Shown here: one piece after another, positions 1 through 13,892 of the stretch
Position numbering within the stretch: the first letter of the stretch is position 1
Layout of the letters: each line of letters starts with the position of its first letter
Origin: Paragordius varius
Lineage: Eukaryota > Animalia > Nematomorpha
Assembly: GCA_964247055.1 (NCBI GenBank)
Contig: OZ176051.1
Span: forward strand, 7,936,001 to 8,000,000
Direction of reading: 5' to 3'
DNA length: 64,000 nt
Translations under genes and position numbers: made by a program
Notes under the pieces: model-generated
The model's database searches: none
Told to the model about the DNA's origin: nothing
The model's input: the letters and a program-made list of their open reading frames with translations, nothing else

Positions 1-116
1 GCGATTTTTCACCTTTGTATATATGTACATTTTTATACAACGTTAAGGTAAATAAATAGATTGACTTTTTTTCCTCCAAATATTTTCCGCATCCTTCATT
101 TATTTTTCTACTTTAG

Positions 117-589
117 ATCGATATTCCCAAACCCTGCTTCCATCAAGTAAATCTATGACTTCCTTTAGGGGTGGAGTGTCTCCCCTTGTGACTGGCGATG
201 CTGCCTTTCAACCCCTGTTAGTTTCAGAAGTAGCATCAACTGATGAACATCAAATTTATGCTTGTGCCTTGGAATATATTGCACGGGCCTGGGATGGTCA
301 AATGTTATTAGCCTTGGCTTGTTGTATCAAACAAGCCCTCGTATATGTCAAATATGAATTGGGTGCAGCTTTACACACCATCACCACTTCTGTGGGACAA
401 ATTCAATCACTCGATGAATCGACGCAAAAAAACGCAATTACTCTTACATTAGATAATTCTAATAAAGAACATGCTGGCGAAGATGATGAGACTCAACAGT
501 ATATGATTGTTAAATATGAATTAAATTCATTGGGCCGATGGCAAATGGTGGTTGAAAATAATGTCATATATCAAGGGACAACCATATAA
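117..589 (+). CDS. Terminal coding exon of an unidentified gene that starts before the window
   Basis: Pyrimidine-rich acceptor (tttttctactttag) ends at 116. The open frame continues through the listed ORF 155..589 (RYSQTLLPSSKSMTSF...YQGTTI*), and the region is GC-richer than its flanks. No family recognised. Confidence 0.6.
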
Positions 590-3059
590 TCCAATAACAG
601 ATCTATTATTATTTGCTACTTTTTAATTGCAGTAAAGCAGCCATATTATTAATTACATGGATCGTATGTTGCTAATAGAGATAACTTAAATGCGTAAAGG
701 AGCATAATTTTTTGTGTTTTTAGAAATTGCATGTTTAAAATTTAAGCAGGAAAAAGCTAAAAAATATTTTCTCGCAAAAATCTAAACTTTTATCCTTGAT
801 AATAGTTTTAAATACCCATGTAAACAATAATATAGCTGCTTACGGTATTATATCCATTATTTATCCAAAGTTTACATGCCAAAAACATATTAGCCATTTA
901 TTTTAAATTTTTAAAAAAGTTATATTGTGCAATATAGTTATTTTTTATGATAACGCATTCTTCCAAATATAAAACCATTAGTCATTCATATTATATTATT
1001 TTAATACTCAGGTTTTTTTCATATATTTTTCAAGTGCAATCTATACTTATTATTTAATTATCAATTATTTAATAAATATTTTTTCAAATCTATTTATCAA
1101 ACCTCTTATTTTTGGATCAAAATACATTATGAAATTGGATAGAAAATTAAATATTTTTTATAAAATAAATTTTATCTGCTAAAATTATTCTTAGGGCGAT
1201 CAACTTGTAAAACATAATTAAAATCCGATAATAGTAATATATATTTGATTAAGGAATACTCCCATATTTAAACCACTGTTTAAAACCCTTTAAAATTAAT
1301 CGCTATTTTTAGCCATACCCTAGTAAAAATATTAAAGTTAATTAATGTACTATAAAAATCCAAGATTTTTATAATATTAACACTTTCAAGATGATTAAAG
1401 AGTATTGGTAAAATTGTTAAATCATTTTATTGAAAAAGATTTTTAAATTTAATATATTCACCAAACATGATCGCGCATTTTTGATACCTTGCGTGATCAG
1501 GCACACACTCCTGAATGGCATTATTATAAATACAAGTTATTTAATGTGCAAATTAAGGTCCCTCCCCGTACAAATGAAAGGTAAATTCTTAAATTAGTTA
1601 TTTATCTTATTTTTATATTAATTTATTTATGAGTAGGTTTATATATTTAGTATTATAGTGATTATGTATAGATTTAAAAATAGATTTATTCGATAAGGGA
1701 TAGGATTGTTTTTTTAGTTGGCTTTAATTTTAAATTTATTTTTTTTGATTTTATTATTTTTTTATTAATTTTTTAATTTTAATATTTTTATTTTTTTTAA
1801 GAGAGAATAAAGAAACGGTGGTAAATGATACCGCCGTTAATATTAATTTCTTACAATTAGTTGATTATTAGAAGCCGATTAAAATCCAAATTTATTTTAA
1901 AAAAGAGACAGCAATACGGACTGATTAAAATTTCTATCAAATATTAAATCCATTACTATATACATTCTAAAATTGTATCTAGATTCTCATGGTGCCTTGT
2001 TGTACTGGTAATAATATCTCTACTTTAATGGTTATTGCTTTAAATAAAAAATCGTAAAATACGCGCAAATTATTTAATATTAAATTGATAGCGAAAATGA
2101 CAACAAAATTTTTTTTAATATACTGGTTAGTAAATAATGCCTAAACATGTTTTCACCCACTAAAATGAAATAGTATAGGCAAAATGTTCGTAATCGTTCA
2201 ATTATAAAAAATTTAATATAAGGGTAAGCACATACACGGGCCTTATGCGGCACCCGAGATTCTCTACGGTAGATATATATTAAATAAATGGGAATTTCAT
2301 TTGCTATATATTTACTCATATTTCTAAATTCATTTTAATAATTGGCAACGTAGCAATAATTGGTGTAAAATTAAATTAGTTTTGTACCTGAGAGCTGATT
2401 AAATAAGCTTTTTTGTTAAGATTGTTTTGGTAAATATTTTATCAAACATTGTTCTGATTTAATACAGATATTTAGCAATTTAACTTTTGGAATCCTATAA
2501 ATAACTCCAAACGATTATAATAAACAGTTAAATTAAATCATTAATTATAAAAAATTTGCGTAAATGTGTCTGAAAGCTTTAGAAAGTTAATATGGACTTT
2601 TTAACCATAAAATACATTTGCGTGTTGCATTAGCGAATAAAAATTAAAGTAAATTGGCGGCGAAAAAAATTGAAATGAGGATATTTTTTACAATTTTTAT
2701 ATTTTAAAAAAAATATATGGTTCATAAGATTAAATAAATCCTCTTTTAAATTTAAGCAATATGTATTTTATAGAATTTATGTTATCTGCAAAACTAACTA
2801 AAAAGCGATTGAAAGGAAGATCTTTAGGCTCAGAATAAACAAGATTTTGCTGGTAAAATGTAGCCTGAAAGCTACTTAAAGTTTTTGCATTTTCCAACCA
2901 TATACCTTAATTTTGTTTGCATTAGCGATTAAAATTAGAGAAAAAAATGACGGCGAGAAAAGTTTGATATGAAGATTTTACAGTTTACATTTCTTACAAA
3001 AGATATTTGTATAACACATTATGCACAAAAATATTATAATAAAATATTTACATAGTAAA

Positions 3060-4130
3060 ATATATCAAAAATCACATGATGCTTTTGGTTTTAAAGCTAC
3101 GAGTGATAATAACAAGTTATACACTTTTGTGATAAGTGATCCATAAAATAGTAACTTCGACCACATTTTTTTAAAAAAATTTTTTTGATGAAAGTAAATG
3201 TTTCATTCCAATAATTTCACTAAAATATCTTCCAAACTACTTATAAAAAATAAAACAATAATTTTATAATATTATTTTTAAATGTGGGCTCCGAAAATTT
3301 ATTTTTTTGCTCTTCAAAACGGGATAGTTTAAAAAACGCAAGTTGTCGGAATTTAGCAACAAATTTTTTCTATATATGCAAAATTTTGACATCATTTTTT
3401 AAGAAATGCATACTTTTAGAAAAATTCAAAATTTATTGAAGCATAAATTCTATTATTTTTAGCCATGATGGAAACGGTATAAAAACGCTTTTACGTATTC
3501 TATAAAATTTGTTGATGCTGAACATTTCCATCGCTTCATAAATTTAATTAAGGTTCGTTTTAAATAAAAACACAATTTATATCAAAACAAAGAATCTTTA
3601 AATAAAAATTTTTAGGTGATACAAATGGTCAATATCATCAGAAAGAAAACGTGTTTTTGTAATATCTAAAAGCGTTTTAATATCGTTTTCATCATGCCTA
3701 AAAAAGGTGGGAGTATGCTTCAATATATTTTTGCTAAAAATAAAATATTAAATTATGTATTTTTTTAAAAAAATGATGTCAAAATTTGCCATATATTTAA
3801 AATTTTTAAAGCAAGATTTTGGCATTTTTGCATTTATTATAAAGAAGCCCGTTTTAAATGAACAAAAAATTTGAGATTTTTAGAGCCCACATCTAAAAAT
3901 TAAAATATAAACAAAATATTGTTAAGCTTTTTCAAAGTATTTTATAATATATTTTAGAGAAATTTTTCGGAATGAAGCATTCAGCTTTCATCAAAATTTT
4001 TGCAAAAAAACGGTCTTTCGCCATTTTCTGATATGGAACACTTAGTACAAGAGTGTAAATAATTATCACTTGTGAGGGCCAAACCCACTATGATAATTCT
4101 TTTTTTTATCAGAATTTATTTATTTCATCA
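3060..4130. repeat. Long imperfect palindromic (foldback) repeat, copy of a dispersed family
   Basis: Mirror pairs: gggctccgaaaattt (~3287) vs tttagagcccacat (~3882); aaaattttgacatcatt (~3381) vs aatgatgtcaaaattt (~3772); catgatggaaacggtataaaaacgctttta (~3465) vs aaaagcgttttaatatcgttttcatcatg (~3668). Centre near 3590; ends approximate. Confidence 0.7.
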
Positions 4131-4871
4131 AGATATTTTTTGATGACCCGCGATTTTGTACACAGTGAAATGCGCCTAGAAGTTAAATAAGGCATATTTT
4201 TCAAATTTTAATTCCCTTTAGGATTAAAACTACCCCATGATGGAGTGTTAATCGCGTTTTGGAGAAATTTAAATTTAAGTCTATAATTAAAAACCTATGA
4301 TTTTAATTTTTTCCATTGATACACGAGAAGAGGGTTTTATATTTAAATTTGAGCTAACAAATTCCAAACCAGTAGTTATTTTGCTACTCTGCGGTAAAAT
4401 TATCCTATGCCATCGCCTATCTAAAAAACAACGTAATTAAGCGTTAAAAATCATATAATACTGGCTACATAAAGCCTTATAATTAAACTCTCCCATGCAT
4501 ATATGCATTAATGAAATGGTAAGGGAGTGATACTTTTTAGTTATTGAATATTTTATTTTTATAAAAATTTGACCGAATATCGTATTGTATCAAGGTGTAT
4601 AGAAAATGGTGTAACCCATGTCGCCACTGTCCACAAACGACGTCCCTTGCTGCCCTTCCATACACCAGTCAATGGTGGTTCAGTGACAGCCGTCTAGCTG
4701 CGTCAGGGGTCGGGTTGACTTTTAGGTATATAATGATAAATTTTGTATAAAGACATGTATAAAATAAAATGAAGATATAATTGGCATTTTACAGGTAAAA
4801 TATTTGATACATTTTTATAAAATGTTGGTATCTTAGCAAGCAATTTTTGCACCTTTTTGTCAAAGGTCAGC

Positions 4872-7800
4872 ATGTATTTTAAAATTTTAAACTATATAGG
4901 TCTCACAATCTATATGTTAATTTATACTCTTTTCTCAAATACTCTTTACATTCCAAATAATATATCAGGACAGTTAGTACACTATATTATTCTCTCTATA
5001 TTAATCTCCTTTATAATATCTTGGTGGGGATATAAAAAGAAACATATATTATTTGATGCTGCGATTTTCGGTTGATTTTAAATGTTAATCTTTAGTTTTT
5101 TGGTTCGGATTTCTAATAAGTTTGTATTCGACATCAATCATGATGGCTTTAAGTACCTTTTTTATATGTGGTTCTATAGCTACTAAATTTAAATCAAGAT
5201 ACAAACTGCAATTTGATCCTGACTATCTAGGTAAAAACACTAAATAAAAATCTATTTGAAAAATATTAACTCAAATATACTATCAAACAAATACATAAGC
5301 ATTTTTTTATTTTTTTAAGAGATTATAATTTATCAAGAGTATCTAATTTTAACATTGAAAATATGAGACCAAATTTAGTATTATTTATTATCAAAGATAA
5401 TATATCCTTCCTTTCATTATGTGCTAGCGATCTATTTATGCTATAAGCTAATAGGTTACACCCTTAAATACCTAATTATTATAATGTATCGTGTTGGTAA
5501 TACATCAAATATTTAACTTCAATCCAACCATTCTACCGATATAAATCTGCCTGCGAAAATATAATATAATAAAAACTCTCAGTTGAAATAAAACTATGTT
5601 GGTTAAAAATACTAGCTCCCGAATTTTCTTAAATTTGTAACGATTTTTAATATCCGTTTTTAAACCAAATTTTAATCTTAATGTTAACACCTTAAAATTA
5701 AAAGTTTATAATATTAGGTGTAAAGGTAAAATTTAATTTTTTGCGGTCTTTTAGAAATAAAAATAACATAAGCAAACATATAAACTCTATTTTAAATATG
5801 CATTATGATAAATTATATGCAAAGATAAGGTTTGTAAAGCTAATGAACCGATTTATATTTTTTGAAACAAATCTATTTTCAGCCCTTTATAGGAAAATAA
5901 TCAATTGCTAGTGTTAAACTTAATAATTGAGGCGACAGATACATAAGCGTCCAATCAAAAATATTAATTAATAAGAAATAAGAAGGTAGACATGGCTAAA
6001 ATTAATAATTTTAACTCTTAATAATATCTTAATTTTTTAGCATATTCCATTAATATATCACAATTTCATAAATAAAATACATTGCTTGACCCATTGTTTG
6101 CTCTATTTTGCTTGAAAGTATTTGTTCATATATGACTTACTATCGTTCGGCAATCGAAACAATTTTATATAAGCATCAAAGGTAATTTCATCTTTATGCA
6201 AAAATTAAAGCGAATATAAGAGAGATAATAAGATTCGGATTTAAATTTTAAAAACCGGTTTCGGATGATCATTTCAATTTTTGACAAAACCGAAGACTGT
6301 TACATTTTTCTAAAAGCACCCTATCTATTTTCGAATTATAAGCTACAGTGTTACCTCTACTCTTTTTGGTTTAAAGCTCAAGTTGATACTTACGTGCATA
6401 TATTGTTTTGTTTTTAAAAAAATTGATAAGATATAATTGCCTTTTTTATAATTTTTACATTTATTTGGCAGATAAAAAACAACATAACGGACGCAATCTT
6501 GATCAAGTCTTATGTAATGGCGGTGTACCCGCTTTAATATCTCTCTATCAGCTCTTACGATACTTTTATTATCGTTCCAATTCATCTAGTGATCCTAATT
6601 ATGGCTACCAGTCAAGCGATAGTTTTTATGAATCAATCAAAAACCACAATAATAATAATAATGATAATATAAAAGCATTGATGATAAATGACTATCTATT
6701 TGCCATAATACCTATTGCATCTTACGTTGCTGCGTGTTGTGGTGATACATTGGCCTCCGAGTTGGCACCTATAACTTCCGTTTTTAACATTTTTTGCAAT
6801 GTTCAATTACGCAAAAATATCTTAAAAAATAAAGGGAATAATGACCTCCTTCTGTTAAATACTGAGAATAATGCAATCTATAATAAAGATGATGATAATA
6901 TTAGCAACAAAGTTTCCCTAGATACTCATAATTCTGTCGTTAATGGCCCCATTTTAATTACCACTGGTCAACCTGTACCATGCGGTATTTTAACTTTTTG
7001 GATAAATTTTGGATTATTTTGCAAAAAAAGGTAAAAGGCTATAAAAAAATTTCAAATTTTACAAAGACAGTAAGTAGTACGTTTAAACATTAATCAATGA
7101 TATTAAAGACGGACAGAAAATTAATCCTTAGCCTTATTTTTGTGTCCATTTTAAAATTTTAGCATTTGTTTAGTTGGATGGCGCTTAATTTTTGATAAAT
7201 AGTAGAGCAAGGATTAACAATAACGGGTGGGGTTGGTTTGATTATAAAATTTAGAAGTAAACGAGTCTGTTTTGTTCAATCAGCATAATTGAATCACAAA
7301 TTAAAATTTAAATATTTTGCGTTTATTTTAATTTTATGTCAATTGAGGTTCAGTACTAATTTGCGATTGTTAAATGATGTATAAATATGCAATATATATT
7401 TATGAGTATTGCATCATAAATCTCAAGAATTTTAACATTGGTAAATAAATTGTATCCTCATTAATAGGATTTTTTAATTAATTTATCTTAAAACAACTTT
7501 TTTTTCCAAAAGTTTCCCAATTAAATATAGGGTTCGGAAATTGTAACTCATTTTTGTAGGTCGAAATACATTGTCCGCTACATTTTGCGATCAATACAAT
7601 AAATCAAATATTAGATTTAGTTAGCAATTTTCTGATTGATTTTCTTTTTAATCGATAAGTGATAAATGATCAAAATACATAAAACGTATATTGGTCGATT
7701 TTTCTGGTTATATTTTGTTGCTTGTAAATGTAGTATAAAATTTTATTATATTGATTGCCGTATGAATATACTTTTTTTCCGGCAATTGTTTAGTAATTAT

Positions 7801-9202
7801 TAAATAAACGCAATAAAGAATAGTTTTTAAATTTATGATGTACTTTGTAATAAGTATGCTTATAATCACAAATATTGATATTTTAAAGATAGAGATCCTA
7901 TAATTTTACTTTAAAACCATAAAGAAAAGGTAAGAACTTAAATTTATTACCTTTAAACTTTTAACAATTATTTTTTTATCATAAATTAATTTTTAGGAAC
8001 TAATGGCGGTGTAACAGTTATAGGTTTGGCATACAGTGCCCTAAGTGGGTTGATTATAGGGTTTGCCCTAGTGTTGGGTGCTTACTTAAATTCAGAATGG
8101 AGTTTGTTTAGTACACAATCTGACCAAATAGACGGGATTTATTCACATTTTACATCCGCATTTTCAGGCAAACTAATTGGATTAATGACGTATTGTGGAC
8201 TTTTAGGGTCAATTATGGATTCGATTTTGGGTTCCTTGTTTCAATTTTCAGGTATTTTCAACGATATCAACTATTTTTTTTTGGTTTTTTTGTAATAAAT
8301 TATATGTGCTTACATTATAGAGTGAAACAAGAGGTTACCATAGATTGGTGTTAATATATATATGTACTTGTTTTATATTAATAATTTTTTGGCCCAATAT
8401 CTAATTTTTTCATGGCATTAAAATATTTAAAAAATAATACTAAAGCCTAATAATAGTTGTTTCCTCTCGTGCTTAAACTACACTTTATAAGAATTTTTCA
8501 TTTATTTAACCCTGAATGCTACTTCCTCCATTTTTCTTACCAGTTCGTTATACTATCAAATCAAAGCCATCCATGTTTTTAATAACCAAAAAAATAAACT
8601 TGTACATGATTTTTCCTATTAAAGAAAAAAAATAGACAGATAAAAATTATAGGACAAATATTTTTTAAAATAAACTATATTTTCAAATGTTAATTTTAAT
8701 AACTCGTCATTCCGTGTTGCAAAATAGGATTGTTAAACACTATATAATTTAAAGTTATTAAAATTTGGTATGGTTGTCTTTTTAAAAATATTTTTACGTT
8801 TTGTCTGTTTTTACTGTATATATATGGTGTTAAATTACATGTGCTTATACAAAAATCCGGAATATATAGGAAATATAAGTTTTAATTTTTTTGATAATTA
8901 ATTACTTTTTTATATTTATAGGAATAAATACAGAGACTGGAAATATGGTTAATTTTTACTCCGAGGAAGTCTCAAAAGATCCATCATTATCCATCTATCA
9001 AAATAATGATAAAATTAACAAAAATAATAGAAATTTTAAGACTGATAAATTGAGTTCTTGTCACGGACACATGAATAAATCTAATGATAAAGTTTTAGTT
9101 TTAACCAATAGCTTACCCATCCTCGATAATAATAATGTAAATCTTATTTCAGCCAGTATAACATCTTTCATCGGTTTAGCCATAGCCTATACAATATTTT
9201 AA
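4872..9202 (+). CDS. TMEM19: Transmembrane protein 19 (DUF92 family), 5 exons, ~460 aa
   Basis: Exons 4872-5070, 5096-5230, 6472-6984, 7997-8251, 8922-9202, all GT-AG and in frame (1383 nt). Motifs GRNLDQVLCNGG, GDTLASE, PCGTNGGVT, GLLGSIMDSILGS and PILDNNNVNL match TMEM19. First intron is 25 nt. Confidence 0.9.
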
Positions 9203-9699
9203 CAAATTATCTATTCTATTCTTTTTTATGATTTTTATGTCATTTTATTTATTAATTTTTCTCATTTACCACACAACGCACTCATCATTAATTTTATTTA
9301 GCATAGTTTAGTTCAAATAATACCGTATATTTAACAGTATCCGTTTATTTTTTTTAATCTCTTTTTAAACGGATTATGATATGTGTAAGTTTATGATGCC
9401 TGATATTTTTAAATTTATATTGAAATTGTAAAATAAACTGCTGTGTGATCATAAATTTTACATTTATTCTGTGTTTCTTTATCTTAATTTATAATATAAA
9501 TTGGTTGTTCATGCGCTTTTCTGTGATTGTAAAAAATAAAATTATAGAAAAACTAAACTTAAATAGTAGGTAAGCAGGAGGGTTTAGACTTAGTCTTTAC
9601 CCTTTAACAAACCAGGTAAGGTTACTTTAATTATAAACTCTTTTATTTAAATTCTAACATTATCCACGTTAAATGGGTATTTCGCCCCAAACGTCAACC

Positions 9700-10014
9700 T
9701 TAATGCCATTTTGGGCAGACTGATTTACATATCGTACAGTTTTGTAATGAAAAAAAAAATTGATAGCCAAAATAAATTATTAACATTTAGTATCATTATG
9801 TTCAAAATAATTTATAATTTTTATGCATAAATCATTCTTAACTCATATATAATTTATGTTTAATTCGAAAGTTTTGATTTTTATAGGCCCAAATTTGCCT
9901 CTCTGTCAAACGAAAAGAAGTTAAAAGCACAAATGCATAAATGCCAAAATTAAATTTTGAGATGCCATAATTAAAATCTGTAAATGACATGTAAATATAA
10001 AATCATCCGCATAA

Positions 10015-10075
<61 letters not shown>

Positions 10076-10990
10076 TCGTAGCTAGAAAGAGGTCATTGTT
10101 TACAAATTGGAATTGCGGCCGATTGCTTGGGATTATATCCATTTCAAAATACGTTTGAAAAGCAAGTTCATATGAAATTTTTTTACAATATTCATATACA
10201 TCATTTTCATATACGGTATGATTAAGGCGATTGTTTTACAATTTGCATGCCTTTGCAAATCAAGAGACTATTTCGGTGTCCCTGACCTATGGAATTGCCT
10301 TTCTGGGCTTACGGAGTTCCATCCCCGCTTACATATATTACAAATTGGTTGTTTCTAGCAACTGGTTATAGCGCCAGATAAACCCGCTTTATCATCTGTG
10401 TGAATGCAGGTATTGTGGTATTTTATAGGAAAAAATTATGGTAATTATCTTTTTCCACCACACCCCACACAGATGATTTCTTTCCTTGCCGCTCCCGTTG
10501 GTATTAACCAGGGTGCACCACGCGGAGGTGGTCGGACTTTAATAAACACATATCAGCAAAAAACAAAGGTTTGATTTACAAAGCCGGCATACGTCCCATA
10601 CTCCTGTATGGTTGCGAAACGTGGCCGATGACAGATTCAATCGAGAAAAAACTAATGAACTTAGAAAAACGGATTCTAAATTTATTCCAACTCAATAAGT
10701 CAAATTCAAATTTACATCAACTCTACCAAATTGAACCTTTAAATGTCATGCTCAGAAAAAATAGGCTTAGATATTTCGGACACATCAAACGTGCTCCAGA
10801 ACAATGGACAAATAAAATTTTATCCCTACATCCCGAAGGTAACAATCGCAGGGGCAGACCAACATTCAACTGGGAAAAAACAATAAATAATGATTTAAGT
10901 GTTGCCAACATTGATGATGACGCCTGGCAGGATCGCAAATATTACAGACAGCTTCTATACGGATACAATGGCTAGCCATTGCACAAAGAC
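9700..10990. mobile_element. Degenerate RTE-like non-LTR retrotransposon with an inverted 5' part
   Basis: Plus-strand ORF 10571..10975 (RPILLYGCETW...RLRYFGHIKR...RRGRP..W) is the RTE C-terminal region. The minus strand at ~10250-9950 reads NCKTIALIIPYMK and DYADDFIF (RT motifs). Ends approximate. Confidence 0.75.
10017..10070. repeat. (TA)27 microsatellite
   Basis: Perfect TA run interrupting the RT remnant. Shorter TA runs lie near 12890, 21560, 23760, 36980 and 37640. Confidence 0.98.
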
Positions 10991-12088
10991 GATACGAATA
11001 TTCATATACATCAATACATTTTGCACATTTATCTGTAAAGAAATAAAACGGTATATTGTGGTGGTGAGGGAGGTGGAAACTGTTAATTAAACCAACAATT
11101 TTGAATTAGCTAAAATGGCTAATATTTAATCAAATCTTAGGTAATTCTTTTAAATAAAGGCCTAGAATAGAAACTACTTAATTATTCCTTCTTTAAGAAA
11201 AAATATCTTATCATAAGGCCAAACTGGCAAAGAAAATCCATAATAAAGCTTCAAACCAGCATTTAATCATAACTTCTACTCTGTTATAGCTATCATTATT
11301 ACATTAATACGCATATTAAATTAATTATGCAAATATGTATAATTTCAGCAATTGCAAAATTGTTAGATTTTGACACAAAAAAACAGTTATTGGTGAAGCA
11401 TTCACACAGAAATGATTATATGAAATGTGAGGGATTATTACATTTGTCAATTATATGAAGTAACTTTTCATTACTACTTATAGATATCTTATCATATTAT
11501 ATATGTTTTGCATAAGAAATCAATCAAACTTCTAAAAAAATAAATGGGGGGGGGGGGGATATTTAGTTTAATGCTTCCGGATTCTCAAATAGCTCACGAC
11601 TCTCTTTGCATTTACAATTTGCCTTAATCTAAAAAAAATTTTTTATAAATGCCTTAAAATGTTAAAAATAAAATTCTCTTTTGCAACGGAAATTGATAAG
11701 TAATGTACCAAATAGGTACTATTCCATTAAAATGTATCAAATATATATGTATGTTGTATGTAATTAGTATATATTAGTGTCTAAATAATTTCTAATAGAA
11801 GTAAATATATACAAATGCACCTTTCATCGATAAATATTTCGAAATAAAAAGGTCTATATTACATGACTACATTAAGCTCTGTAATCATATATAACTAGAT
11901 AATGTAAACCAGTTATGAGACAAAAAATTTTATGTTTTTTATGTTTTATAACATTTGAAAGACAAACTGTGCAGCCATATAAATATTTTCATTCTTTAAA
12001 ATTTTCATTCAAATATATAAAAAAATATAAATCAAACAATATTTATCACTAATTTATTTCTAAAATTTATATTTCATAATAATTGAAC

Positions 12089-12883
12089 ATGATATCGAAT
12101 TGTCTCTTTTGGTTGCTCGCATTTCTTTCTTTCGTGTCGGTTATTCAAGTTGCAGAAGGTAAATTTAAAAGCTAATATATATTTAACCCAATTAATTTGG
12201 TCATTTATTTACACTTACTATTTTTTAAAAAATTATTCTCTTGGTTTAAATTATTAAATTTTTGGCATGAAATAGATATCCCATGGCCTGATTTTTCAAG
12301 TAAAAATTACTTTATAACCCAAATAGAGCACTATATATTGATATAAAAATTAAATATTCATAATACCATTTCTTAAATTCAAGGAATCTGTATATATTTA
12401 AATAAACTCCCCAATATAAAAGTAAAATTTACGATTTAAATTTGGCTGAGAAGGTTTCACTGGAACTAAAATTGAAAAATTTATTTATGAATTTTCTGTA
12501 AGTGTGATGGTATAAAATAGGTAAGGCGCCATATACTATGCATGTGACAGAGTTTATATATTGAAATTATACATTTTTCTAACAGTGTCCGCCATGTGCA
12601 GTCGGGTCATTAAGTTTTCAAAAGTCCTGAATGACACAACTCAAGTTTCATAAAAGAAAAAGAATAAAGAGACTTTAATTAATATTTTTATTATAAATTT
12701 TCCATATTTATAACAAATAATACCTATTTTGCTCTATCTTAAAAAACATAGTTAAGATTCGTCTATGAAATCGGGGCTTGTTACATGAAAAACCCTGCAT
12801 CAAATTTGTTTGAATTGCGTGAATGATTATCCTGGGTTTTCAACACAAACGGCGCCGCATTTTGACTCAAAAAATTCGGCGGA

Positions 12884-12915
<32 letters not shown>

Positions 12916-13892
12916 GGCTTCTATGATTAATATTATTTCACGCTAAGATGAGCTATATAAAGCACACTTTAAAACTAATCAATTACCTTAAATTAATTTA
13001 TTGTTTCCTATTATTAATTTCAAGAAATTCAAAATATAATGGTGCCCATTTCGCCTATATAAATTAAATATGAATCTTTACAAAAATTATCGCATAAAAC
13101 TATTATACTTAATTTAAAAAACTTAGGTGATGAATTATATCAAGTAATATTTCACGTCTGGAAAATTAATGTATAAATATAGAAAAAATAAATGGGATTT
13201 TCGCGCATATTTATGATCCCCTTTGGAATCAAAAAATCTGACAGATATTTTAAAATTTTTTACATATTTTCTGACAAAATTATCATAATTATGTGTTTTT
13301 TGACCAAATTTACATTTATATGAAAAATATTTAATTTTAAGGTTCAAAAACCCTTAGATCAAGGAAGTTATTGTATAAAATTAAAAAAAGAATATATAAA
13401 TTTATATATATATTATATATATGTTTAGGATCTAAAATAAAAATAAATTAATTTTATGGTTGAAAATATCTACTCTGGGATAGTAAAGCCTTAACCTTTA
13501 TTAGTTAATAAAATTTATACAATACATTTATCGCAGGTAATACAAAATATAGCTCATCCTAATTATTTTATAGTAACTATTCTACCAACTGTAATTTTTA
13601 AAATACCTAATTAACTTTTCCAACATTTTACCTGATGATCTATAATTATAAAAACAGATATAAATTTTAAATTCATGAATTTTATTATGCATTAAACTTT
13701 TCGTTAGGGAGGAACAATTGTGAAAAATATGGCCTTTCCTGTTTAGGTGGTTGGAAACGAAGCGGTAATAATGGTTATCAGGAATCTTTTCGTCAAAGAA
13801 GAAAATTTATGCCAAATTTGGAACGTTTTTCCAACGCAAGAGATAATATGGATTATCCTGGATGGATGGCACCACCGTACTATGAACGTTAA
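12089..13892 (+). CDS. Neuropeptide precursor, CCHamide/excitatory-peptide-like, 84 aa, 2 exons
   Basis: Exon 12089-12158 encodes a hydrophobic signal peptide (MISNCLFWLLAFLSFVSVIQVAE). A phase-1 GT-AG intron leads to exon 13708-13892 (GRNNCEKYGLSCLGGW-KR-SGNNG...YYER*). C-x6-C ring with YGxSCxGG followed by KR; AATAAA near 14026. Confidence 0.75.

Noticed and set aside
9921-10142. ORF with YIYIYI repeats (similar ORFs at 23684-23922)
   Set aside because: Translation of (TA)n microsatellites; only the flanking YADD belongs to a dead RT.
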